NCBI GenBank assembly: GCA_964608745.1
Contig: CAZSPC010000001.1
Coordinates: forward strand, 750 to 64,749
Origin: an uncultured Candidatus Saccharibacteria bacterium
GTDB taxonomy: Bacteria > Patescibacteriota > Minisyncoccia > Phycocordibacterales > UBA12079
Direction: 5' to 3'
DNA: 64,000 nucleotides
The notes under the pieces were generated by a model. It did not search any database. It saw nothing but the letters and a program-made list of their open reading frames with translations, and was not told the origin of the DNA. The position numbers and the translations under genes were made by a program. Below, piece after piece: positions 49,115-57,487 of this stretch (positions are counted from its first letter, which is position 1; every line of letters starts with the position of its first letter).

Positions 49115-49711
49115 ATGGGATGTTCAACAAAGTGTAGTCCAATAAGTCCAAAAGTTTTCTTTTCCTGCTTGTATGTTATTGGCGTAGTTTTATTGTTTTT
49201 TGGTGGTGTTATAACCTATACAGCGTTTTCCGAGCGCAAATTGCCCGATCCGATAGTAGAGCAAATCTTTCTCCCCAAGAATTATCAGGTTGTTGATTGC
49301 GATTATAGGTATAAAATTCAAGCAATTCCTGTAATCATGAGTGATAAAGTCGCAAAGAACTTTTTTGATTCAACAGAAAAAGAATTTTTGGTATTTAAAT
49401 GTTTTGGGCGTGAACTCAGTATTTATTATTACTGGGAAGATCAGAGTACGCCGGTGATTAAGACAAAAAGTTGGAAAAAGACTTATAATATCTCTAATCA
49501 CAAAGATAACCCTTCGGGTTTTTCTTCCTGGAGAACCACTATTGATGAAGGGAGTAATAGGGTCGTCCATAAGCCGGTAAGTTCGTTTTTAGACGGTATT
49601 TTTATTGGAGGCATTTTTACCTTGTTTGGCTTGATACTATTTGTTGCGACTGTCGTGATATTTAATAAGTATAAGAAAGAAAAAAGAAGTAATAAAGGAG
49701 GTGTCAGATGA
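49115..49711 (+). CDS. hypothetical two-TM protein (paralogue of 50430)
   Basis: AAGGAGG RBS before ATG 49115; TM at both ends. Confidence 0.7.
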   Translation: MGCSTKCSPISPKVFFSCLYVIGVVLLFFGGVITYTAFSERKLPDPIVEQIFLPKNYQVVDCDYRYKIQAIPVIMSDKVAKNFFDSTEKEFLVFKCFGRELSIYYYWEDQSTPVIKTKSWKKTYNISNHKDNPSGFSSWRTTIDEGSNRVVHKPVSSFLDGIFIGGIFTLFGLILFVATVVIFNKYKKEKRSNKGGVR

Positions 49712-50211
49712 CACAAAATATTCAGGTAGAAGAAAAACCTTTACTGGAACTGGTTGAAACAATCAAGGTTCCAGCAGTCAAAAAGTTTGTTGCCAGCGAA
49801 AAGTTTATCGTCGGCAAGACAATCGACGGTGTTCGTATTTCTTATATTGGGGGAGATTTCAACGAAATTTTTCTTGATAAAATCGAGCAACATATTCCGG
49901 AAGTAGAACTGAGAGTCAGAAGGCAGACAAGAACTTTTTCTCGGGAAAACCCTACTGGTGGTATTCCTGGAATTAAAAAGATTTGTGTTGATCTTGCCAC
50001 TTTTTGGGAGTTTTTGAAAGTAAAAAGTGAGAACTATGAAACAGGCAAGTTTACTTTTTGGATCCCCCCTTGTAATAACTGTGAAAAAATACTCTGGAAA
50101 GTGGAGGTAATAAATGCTTTTGGTGACTCCTGGAGCATTGGTTCCTGTTTTCCTAAGTCTAATGAATACTATGGTAAGTGGGGTCTTGAAACTTTTGTTT
50201 TTTCTGATTAA
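49708..50211 (+). CDS. hypothetical protein
   Basis: AAGGAGGT RBS, ATGA overlap with upstream gene. Confidence 0.7.
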   Translation: MTQNIQVEEKPLLELVETIKVPAVKKFVASEKFIVGKTIDGVRISYIGGDFNEIFLDKIEQHIPEVELRVRRQTRTFSRENPTGGIPGIKKICVDLATFWEFLKVKSENYETGKFTFWIPPCNNCEKILWKVEVINAFGDSWSIGSCFPKSNEYYGKWGLETFVFSD

Positions 50212-50429
50212 TATTTGATTTCAGTTGTTTACTGAAACCCTTTGAAAATTTGTCACCCCGACAGAGTTTCAAAGGGTTTTTCTTATTCCTCACCCCTTAT
50301 TCCTTATTCCTAGAAATTTCAGTTTTATTGAAATTTCCTTGACTTCTATTTGACAATAAATTATAGTAATTGCAGAATTTGAAAATTATTTCTAGGACAA
50401 ACTTGAAAATCAAAAAATAGGAGATTATT

Positions 50430-51038
50430 ATGAGACGTAACGGTTCTACAAGTATATCTATTAGCTCTAAGTTAACAAATGTTGCTGGTATTATTTTGAT
50501 GGTACTTCTTCTGCTTCCTTCAGGGATGATGATCTATAAAGGATATCAAGTGGTAAATAAATGGGGTGTTGATTATGTTCTTCCAGAGCCACAAAGAGAA
50601 AAGATTTTGTTACCAAAAAAATACAAATTTATTTCTTTGAAAACTGCTGAAAGAATAAAATTTTTAGAGATTAAAGATCATAGTACTGAAAAAGAAATAT
50701 CTATTTCTAATAAACCTTTTTTAATTACTACTGGGCGGCGCAACAATGATATTGTTATCAAATATTTTTGGGAGAACAGTGGTCCACACAAAAAAATTTT
50801 TCCAGCATATAGTTGGGAAAAAGTTCATTCGACTTCTAGCTACCTTTCTGATTATTTGAGGCAAGTAGCTATATGGTATATGAGAATAGATAAGAAAAAT
50901 AATATAATAGTTTATACACCAACAAAAGCCAAAGCCGATCTTATCGCTATAGCAGGAGCAATTCTTATGTCTATCGGCATGCTATTTTTTGTACTGTTAT
51001 GGTATAAATTATATATTTTTTTTTTGAAAAATAAGTAA
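50430..51038 (+). CDS. hypothetical two-TM protein (paralogue of 49115)
   Basis: EKILLPKKY/IKYFWE/SWEK vs EQIFLPKNY/IYYYWE/SWKK. Confidence 0.7.
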   Translation: MRRNGSTSISISSKLTNVAGIILMVLLLLPSGMMIYKGYQVVNKWGVDYVLPEPQREKILLPKKYKFISLKTAERIKFLEIKDHSTEKEISISNKPFLITTGRRNNDIVIKYFWENSGPHKKIFPAYSWEKVHSTSSYLSDYLRQVAIWYMRIDKKNNIIVYTPTKAKADLIAIAGAILMSIGMLFFVLLWYKLYIFFLKNK

Positions 51039-51250
51039 TTCAAATAGATACCCATATTTGTTTTTAAAATAAATATGGGTTTTTATTATTTGTATTCGAC
51101 TCTCGATTTTTAAAATTTCCCTTGATTTTCGTTTAATTTTGTGTAAAATATTACAAGTTACTTAAAGGTTTAGCGCCTTTTTTTAATTTTGCGAATTGAT
51201 TACCTAGTATTTGTATATATTCGTATTATTAGTATCATTTGTATATTAGT

Positions 51251-51856
51251 ATGTTTATCTTGGGTACAAAAGAAGAAATGACACAAATCTTTGATAAAGA
51301 AGGGCAAGTTCAGCCTGTTACTATTATTAATGCAGGGCCAATTAAAGTAACTCAAATAAAAGACCAAGAAAAGGATGGTTACGAAGCGGTACAAGTTGGG
51401 TATGGAGAAAAAAGTGAAAAAAATATCAACAAACCGGAAAAGGGGCATATGAAAGACTTGGGAAACTTCCGATATTTGAGAGAATTTAAGGCAAGCGAAG
51501 AGATGAAAGCAGGAGATGAGATAAATGTATCAGCTTTTGCAGAAGGGGATATTGTTGAAATTTCAGCAGTTAGTAAAGGAAAAGGATTTCAAGGTGTTGT
51601 AAAAAGACATAATTTTGCTGGAGGTCCAAGATCTCACGGACAAAAGCACAGTGAAAGAAAACCAGGATCAATTGGATCAACAGGACCTCAAAGGGTGTTT
51701 AAAGGTACAAGAATGGCAGGAAGAATGGGAAGTGACAGAACCACTGTTAAAAATTTAAAAATTGTACAAGTAGACGAGAAGGGGAATCGATTATTGGTGA
51801 AAGGTGCTGTTCCGGGTAAAAGAGGAAGCCTAGTCGAAATACGAAGTGTTAAATAA
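51251..51856 (+). CDS. rplC: 50S ribosomal protein L3
   Basis: SKGKGFQGVVKRH, RKPGSIG, MAGRMG; start set at ATG 51251. Confidence 0.97.
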   Translation: MFILGTKEEMTQIFDKEGQVQPVTIINAGPIKVTQIKDQEKDGYEAVQVGYGEKSEKNINKPEKGHMKDLGNFRYLREFKASEEMKAGDEINVSAFAEGDIVEISAVSKGKGFQGVVKRHNFAGGPRSHGQKHSERKPGSIGSTGPQRVFKGTRMAGRMGSDRTTVKNLKIVQVDEKGNRLLVKGAVPGKRGSLVEIRSVK

Positions 51857-51857
51857 A

Positions 51858-51961
51858 TTTTTTATTTTTAATTTATAATTTTTAAAAAATGATTAAATTT
51901 AAAAATTTTTAAATTAATTCATTAAAAATTGTTTATAAATCAAAAATTACAAATTAAAAAT
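51858..51961 (+). repeat. AT-rich short-unit inverted-repeat element before rplD
   Basis: tttttaatttataatttt..aatga / tcattaaaaatt..aaaattacaaattaaaaa. Confidence 0.6.
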
Positions 51962-51962
51962 T

Positions 51963-52625
51963 ATGAAGGCTACGATATACAACCAAAAAGGAATAAAGTC
52001 GAATGAAATCTCTTTGCCGGAGAGTATATTTGGGTTGTCCTGGAACAACGATCTTGTTCATCAGGTGGTTGTTTCTATGATGTCAAATGCTCGAACTGGT
52101 GTTGCTCATACAAAAGATAGAAGTGATGTGCGAGGTGGTGGTAGAAAACCTTGGAGACAAAAGGGAACTGGACGAGCACGACATGGATCAAGTCGGTCAC
52201 CAATTTGGAGAAGTGGTGGAGTAACTTTTGGTCCAAGAAAGGAAAAGAATTTTTCAAAGAAAATCAACAAAAAAATGAGTGCCAAAGCATTGTACACAGT
52301 GTTGTCTCAAAAGGCAGGAGATGGGGAAATTCTTTTTGTTGATAATTTTGATATAAAAGAACCAAAAACAAAAGAGGCAAAAACTATCTTTGAAGCACTG
52401 GGTAAAATAAAAGGATTTGAAGGAATGGTTTCAAAGAAAAAAAATTCTGCCTTCATTGCTTTGGATGAAAAAAATGAAAATGTAGAAAAGTCTTTTAGTA
52501 ATTTTGGAAATATTCAGATGGGGGAAGTGAGAAATTTGAATATATTGAATCTTTTGAATAATAAATATCTTATTATTGAAAATCCAGAGAGTGCATTTAA
52601 GTTTTTTGAGAAAAAACTTAAATGA
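51963..52625 (+). CDS. rplD: 50S ribosomal protein L4
   Basis: GGGRKPWRQKGTGRARHGS. Confidence 0.98.
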   Translation: MKATIYNQKGIKSNEISLPESIFGLSWNNDLVHQVVVSMMSNARTGVAHTKDRSDVRGGGRKPWRQKGTGRARHGSSRSPIWRSGGVTFGPRKEKNFSKKINKKMSAKALYTVLSQKAGDGEILFVDNFDIKEPKTKEAKTIFEALGKIKGFEGMVSKKKNSAFIALDEKNENVEKSFSNFGNIQMGEVRNLNILNLLNNKYLIIENPESAFKFFEKKLK

Positions 52626-52626
52626 A

Positions 52627-52750
52627 AGGGTTTAGCGTCTAGTGTTTAGGGTTGTAGGAATGAATTTTGCCGAAGGCAAAATTCGTCAATGAAAAAATTG
52701 CTTTAGCAATTTTTTATCTATAACCCTAAACGCTAAACCCTACAACCCTA
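52627..52750 (+). repeat. heptamer inverted-repeat element before rplW
   Basis: tagcgtctagtgtttagggttgtag-gaattttgccgaaggcaaaattc-..-ctataaccctaaacgcta. Confidence 0.94.
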
Positions 52751-52759
52751 ATAAATAAT

Positions 52760-53065
52760 ATGAAAACAACAGATACAAAAAATAATATTGGAAATTTAGA
52801 AAACATAATCTTACGACCTAGAATTACTGAGAAAGCATCAGATAAAGCAACAGAAAATGTTTATGTTTTTGAAGTTGTACCAAATGCTAATAAAGTACAA
52901 ATCAAAGAAGCGGTGGAAAAAATTTATAAAGTGAAGGCTGTAAAGGTAAATATTGCCCAAACTCCATCAAAAACTATTTTTTCAAGAGGAAAGAAGGGGG
53001 TGAAAAGTGGAGGAAAGAAAGCGTATGTTTATCTTAAAGAGGGAGACAAAATTGAGATTATCTAA
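52760..53065 (+). CDS. rplW: 50S ribosomal protein L23
   Basis: RPRITEKA, ANKVQIKEAVE, KKAYVYL. Confidence 0.96.
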   Translation: MKTTDTKNNIGNLENIILRPRITEKASDKATENVYVFEVVPNANKVQIKEAVEKIYKVKAVKVNIAQTPSKTIFSRGKKGVKSGGKKAYVYLKEGDKIEII

Positions 53066-53165
53066 GGAGGAATAAAGAATAAGGACTTAGGAATGTAGGA
53101 ATGAATTTTGCCTTCGGCAAAATTCATTCAAGACTTATTCCTCATTCCTTATTTCTAGGTCCTAA
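53063..53165 (+). repeat. heptamer element (TAAGGAA/TTCCTTA arms) before rplB
   Basis: ggaataaagaataaggacttaggaatgtag-gaatgaattttgccttcggcaaaattcattc-cttattcctcattccttatttcta. Confidence 0.88.
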
Positions 53166-53229
53166 TTTAAAAATTAAGGTTAACGGTAGCCGATAATTAT
53201 CGCGGGTGAAAAGCCCAAAAACAAGAACT

Positions 53230-54072
53230 ATGAAGACTAACAAACCAACAACACCATCACGAAGACATATGACAGGTATTAATTACCGAGATTTTTTGAC
53301 TACTTCAAAACCTAAGAAATCTCTAACAAAAGGAGGAAAAAGAGGTGTGGGACGAAACGCTTTTGGGAGAATTACTATGCGACATAGAGGTGGTGGTCAT
53401 AAAAGAAAATACCGACAAATTGATTTTAAATATAATAAATTTGATATTCCGGCAAAAATTGAAACTATCGAATATGATCCTTACCGATCAGGTTTTATTG
53501 CTTTAATTTGTTATCGGGACGGAGAAAGACGATACATTCTTGCTCCTAAATCTGTAAAGGTTGGAGATCAGATAATTGTTTCCGAAAAAGCACAATTGAA
53601 ACCAGGAAATAGATTAATTTTGAAAAATATTCCTGTTGGAACATTTGTATACAATGTTGAACTAAAACCACAATCAGGAGCAAAGATTGCTCGATCTGCT
53701 GGAAATTATGTAGAAGTGATTGCTCAAGATGCAGGTTATACTCATTTGAAAATGCCCTCAACAGAGGTTCGAAAAGTAATGGACACTGCTTGGGCTTCAA
53801 TTGGAGAAGTATCAAACGATGAACATAAACTTGTGACAATTGGAAAAGCTGGACGATCACGATGGATGGGGAAAAGACCAACGGTTCGAGGATCAGCTAT
53901 GAACCCAGTGGATCACCCATATGGTGGTGGTGAAGGTAAGGCAGGACGAGGAATGAGAAGAGCAAAGACTAAATGGGGTAAACCTGCTGGAAAAGGACAA
54001 AAGACAAGAAAACCAAAGAAATACTCAAATCCGTTTATTGTAAGACGACGTAAAGTCGGCAAACGAAAATAA
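53230..54072 (+). CDS. rplB: 50S ribosomal protein L2
   Basis: RHRGGGHKR, EYDPYRS, VRGSAMNPVDHPYGGGEG. Confidence 0.98.
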   Translation: MKTNKPTTPSRRHMTGINYRDFLTTSKPKKSLTKGGKRGVGRNAFGRITMRHRGGGHKRKYRQIDFKYNKFDIPAKIETIEYDPYRSGFIALICYRDGERRYILAPKSVKVGDQIIVSEKAQLKPGNRLILKNIPVGTFVYNVELKPQSGAKIARSAGNYVEVIAQDAGYTHLKMPSTEVRKVMDTAWASIGEVSNDEHKLVTIGKAGRSRWMGKRPTVRGSAMNPVDHPYGGGEGKAGRGMRRAKTKWGKPAGKGQKTRKPKKYSNPFIVRRRKVGKRK

Positions 54073-54127
54073 TAAAAAAGCATCGCCTAGGCGATGCTTT
54101 TTTATTATTTTCGTTTTCCGACTTTTC

Positions 54128-54297
54128 TAGTAATAAGTTGTAAGTAATAAGGATTAAGTAAAAAGGCTTTGTTGGATGATTTAAATAACTCAACCCGTTG
54201 AGTTATTTATCTTTATACCCTAAAAAGGTGGGTGTCCGACACCCACCAATGGCTTTGTTGAGCTGTTTTCAATGGCTCACGAATGAGCCATTGAAAT
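54128..54297. repeat. palindrome cluster including an orphan RAYT-2 REP (54227-54247)
   Basis: taagtaa half-arm, aaataactcaac/gttgagttattt, ggtgggtgtccgacacccacc, ttcaatggctca/tgagccattgaa. Confidence 0.8.
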
Positions 54298-54406
54298 TTT
54301 ACTAAATTTTATTGCTTTATCTAGTCTAAAATGATAAAAATAGGTTAGAAAGTTCTAAGAGATATAATGAAAAGCAGAAAAACTAAAAAGAAAGGAGGTT
54401 TAAAAA

Positions 54407-54832
54407 ATGGACAAAATTAAAGTTGTTGATCCGAAAACAAAACCAATAATCGATAAAGATGGTTTTTATACTGAGCATGACCGGCTTCAATATGAGATGG
54501 ATGTAAAAATAGAGTTGGCTAAATTGTTGTTCGGAAAATCAAACATACCTGACGATGACCAAAAAAGACTTCTCGATTGGGTAGAGAAAGGTATCAAAAA
54601 AGAGTATGCTGATTTGCAAGCTGAAACAGCAAGAAGATATTTGATGGGTAAGGTTGTTGAATTGTATCAGGACAATTCCGATGCAATAGGTCCTTACACC
54701 GTTGTAAATGTCGTAAAGTCTTATACGGAAGGGGTATTGTTTAATCTTCATATTTCTTTTTCAGAAAGCGGATCCGTCTTAGTTTTTCCTGTTTTTAAAC
54801 AAATAAAAATTAAGGTTTTAGATAACAGCTAA
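54407..54832 (+). CDS. hypothetical protein
   Basis: AAGGAGGT RBS; terminator 54842-54870. Confidence 0.7.
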   Translation: MDKIKVVDPKTKPIIDKDGFYTEHDRLQYEMDVKIELAKLLFGKSNIPDDDQKRLLDWVEKGIKKEYADLQAETARRYLMGKVVELYQDNSDAIGPYTVVNVVKSYTEGVLFNLHISFSESGSVLVFPVFKQIKIKVLDNS

Positions 54833-54922
54833 AACATTCCTAAGCCGACTCGTAAGAGTCGGCTTTTTTTAAATCCTAAATCTTACTTCTTAAATCTGTT
54901 AAATTCTGTTAGAATTTAACCA

Positions 54923-55879
54923 ATGAACGAAGAAAAATTTGAATTACCAATGATTATTGGATCGCTTGTGATTGTAGCAAGTATGGTTTATTTTGGGTTT
55001 GTGAGTTACAGTGGGCAATCCACTAAAATGGAAGAAACTCGGCAAATTTTGACTGCTCATGAAGAAGAGATCCAAAAGCTAAAAAACGAAATTGATTTAT
55101 TGCGTTTTGAAAGTGAAGGTCAGACAGAAGAGTTAACCAGGAAACTTGAACAAGAAGAAATCTTACGACAAGAAATTGAAAAACAAAGAGATGCACAAGA
55201 AAGAATTGCTCAACAAAAATTGAGTGATTTGGAAGTAAAACTTTCTCAGTCTGGGAGTGTATTAAATCTTTCTTCTGTGATTAGTGGGTGGCAATCCCGA
55301 GTGGCGTATGTAGATTGTGATTTTGTGTTACCAAATTCTTTTTTCCATTATGGTTCTAGTGGCTCGGGGGTGGTCGTAAAACTTGCTGATACTCCTATTA
55401 AAGTTTTAACCAATAAACATGTTTTATCAGGCCCTGCTCTGTATGAATTAAACGCTTGTGATATCACTTTGCCGGAAACAAATACCAAATATCATGTACT
55501 CGCATCTGATATAGAAGTTTCTTCGGCGGGATATGATTGGGGTATTTTAACTATCAATAATCCGGACCAATACTTAACAAACTTAATCGACGAGTCTTAT
55601 CTAGTTTGCGATCAAAAACCTTCTTTGGGTGATGAAATAGTTGTTTTGGGTTACCCGGGAATAGGATCTAAGTCAAGTGTTACTGCGACCGAGGGTATTA
55701 TTTCTGGGTTTGATGGTTCGTATTTTATAACCTCTGCAAAAGTAGAGGAGGGTAATTCCGGTGGTGCAGCGATTCTCACCAAAGATAATTGTCTTCTTGG
55801 AATCCCGACTTACGCAACGTTAGGTCAAGTTGAATCCTTAGCTCGAATACTCGATATTTGGACAGTCATAACGAAATAA
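54923..55879 (+). CDS. membrane-anchored coiled-coil trypsin-like serine protease
   Basis: SGSG, LTNKHV, D(WG), LGYP, GNSGG. Confidence 0.88.
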   Translation: MNEEKFELPMIIGSLVIVASMVYFGFVSYSGQSTKMEETRQILTAHEEEIQKLKNEIDLLRFESEGQTEELTRKLEQEEILRQEIEKQRDAQERIAQQKLSDLEVKLSQSGSVLNLSSVISGWQSRVAYVDCDFVLPNSFFHYGSSGSGVVVKLADTPIKVLTNKHVLSGPALYELNACDITLPETNTKYHVLASDIEVSSAGYDWGILTINNPDQYLTNLIDESYLVCDQKPSLGDEIVVLGYPGIGSKSSVTATEGIISGFDGSYFITSAKVEEGNSGGAAILTKDNCLLGIPTYATLGQVESLARILDIWTVITK

Positions 55880-55897
55880 AATCGAAGGTTTCATTTC

Positions 55898-56308
55898 TAG
55901 TAGTAAGGTATAAGTAGTAAGTAATAAGTAAATTTTTATGGAGAAATTTGAAGATATTATTGCTTGGCAAAAATCACAAAAATTAGCTGTTTTTGTGTAT
56001 AAAAAATTTAGCAATAATAAAGATTTTAGTTTTAGAGATCAGATTCAAAGAGCATCAGTGAGTATTAGTAATAATATTGCCGAAGGTTTTGCTCGAAAAG
56101 GAAATAAAGAATTCAAACAGTTTTTGTATATAGCAAAAGGTTCATGCAGTGAAGTTCGGTCAATGTTATATCTTGCGTTAGAGTTGGATTATATTTCAAA
56201 ATCAGAATTTGACGAGTTTTATAGATTAGCAATTGAAATTTCAAAAATATTGTCAGGTCTTATTAAAAGTTTAAAATAGTCTTACTTACTACTTAATCCT
56301 TACTACTT
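55898..56308 (+). mobile_element. second gene-carrying heptamer inverted-repeat element (TAAGTAG arms)
   Basis: left tagtagtaaggtataagtagtaagtaataagt; right cttacttactacttaatccttactact; mobility inferred only. Confidence 0.55.
55938..56279 (+). CDS. four-helix-bundle protein (23S rRNA IVS protein/bAvd-like)
   Basis: FEDIIAWQKS, DQIQRASVSISNNIAEGF, AKGSCSEVRSML. Confidence 0.93.
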   Translation: MEKFEDIIAWQKSQKLAVFVYKKFSNNKDFSFRDQIQRASVSISNNIAEGFARKGNKEFKQFLYIAKGSCSEVRSMLYLALELDYISKSEFDEFYRLAIEISKILSGLIKSLK

Positions 56309-56339
56309 TGCACTTGCGCGTAGCGCATGCGAAGCGCCT

Positions 56340-57326
56340 ATGCCAGAACTTCCAGAGGTACAAACAATCGTAAATGATTTAAATGAAAAGATTATCGGCG
56401 AGAGAATCGTCGATTTTTGGTCTGATTGGAAAAAAAGAGTACGGCCAAATTTTTCTAAGTTTAAAAGAGAAATTAATGGGGCGAAAATAATGGGAGTAAG
56501 AAGAATAGGAAAGCAAATTATAATTGATTTGGACCCGCCTGCCACTGCGAGGCATAAGCGGGCAAGTAACAAAAAGTCGATTTTGATTCATCTAAAAATG
56601 ACGGGATATCTTTTGTTTAAGCCTGTAGCTGGGAGCCTAAAGCCAGTAGCTAGACGAAATTTCGTCTCCGCCAAAATTTCGTCTCCGTCGTCTTTGCGAG
56701 TGCGAAGTACGAAGCAATCCAGGCTTTTTGAGGCGAAGCCGAACCACTATTTCGAAGAAAAAGTAAACCAATACATTCATCATATTATCACTTTTAAATC
56801 GGGAAACACTCTGAAGTTTTCTGATTTGAGGAAGTTTGGGTGGTTGAGTGTGGTACAAACAAGTGAAGTAGAAAACCAAAAGGAAATTCAACAATTAGGT
56901 GTTGATGCAATGAGTCGATCTTTTACTCTTAAAAAATTCAAAGAAATTTTGCACAAAAAACCAAAATCTGTTATTGGTACATTGTTATTAGATCAACATC
57001 AAATTGCAGGGATCGGAAATATTTATCGAAGCGAGATTTTGTTTTCAGCCAAAGTATATCCCGAAAGAAAGGTGTATACTTTGACTGAAACAGAAATCAA
57101 AGAAATTTTTAAGTTTACAAAATCAATTTTAAAACGCGCAATAAAAATGCGCGGTACATCCGATTCGGATTATCGTGATGCCGAAGGAAAGCCTGGAAAT
57201 TTTCAAAAAGTTCTAAATGTATATCGTCGAGAAAAACAAAAGTGTAAGAAATGCAAAACAAATTTAATTAAAAGGAAAAAATTAGGACAAAGAAGTTTTT
57301 TCTACTGTTCTAAATGTCAAAAATAA
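56340..57326 (+). CDS. mutM: formamidopyrimidine-DNA glycosylase with repeat-derived insertions
   Basis: MPELPEV, HLKMTG, DLRKFG, AGIGNIY, C-terminal Zn finger. Confidence 0.93.
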   Translation: MPELPEVQTIVNDLNEKIIGERIVDFWSDWKKRVRPNFSKFKREINGAKIMGVRRIGKQIIIDLDPPATARHKRASNKKSILIHLKMTGYLLFKPVAGSLKPVARRNFVSAKISSPSSLRVRSTKQSRLFEAKPNHYFEEKVNQYIHHIITFKSGNTLKFSDLRKFGWLSVVQTSEVENQKEIQQLGVDAMSRSFTLKKFKEILHKKPKSVIGTLLLDQHQIAGIGNIYRSEILFSAKVYPERKVYTLTETEIKEIFKFTKSILKRAIKMRGTSDSDYRDAEGKPGNFQKVLNVYRREKQKCKKCKTNLIKRKKLGQRSFFYCSKCQK

Positions 57327-57358
57327 AAGTATTTTAGGATTATTTTTGAGGTATTAAA

Positions 57359-57422
57359 GTTAAAAAACTACCCTACGACGTTTTTAACGATCGTTAAAAA
57401 CGTCGTAGGGTAGTTTTTTAAC
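57359..57422. repeat. 64-bp perfect palindrome
   Basis: gttaaaaaactaccctacgacgtttttaacga|tcgttaaaaacgtcgtagggtagttttttaac. Confidence 0.9.
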
Positions 57423-57487
57423 AATAATGTAGAATAATGGTACTCTTTATTAAAATTATCCTCGACTTTATAAAGTCGAGGATATAT

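Noticed and set aside
38516-56279. Diversity-generating retroelement (Avd-like genes)
   Set aside because: No reverse transcriptase and no TR/VR pair differing at adenines were seen in the window.
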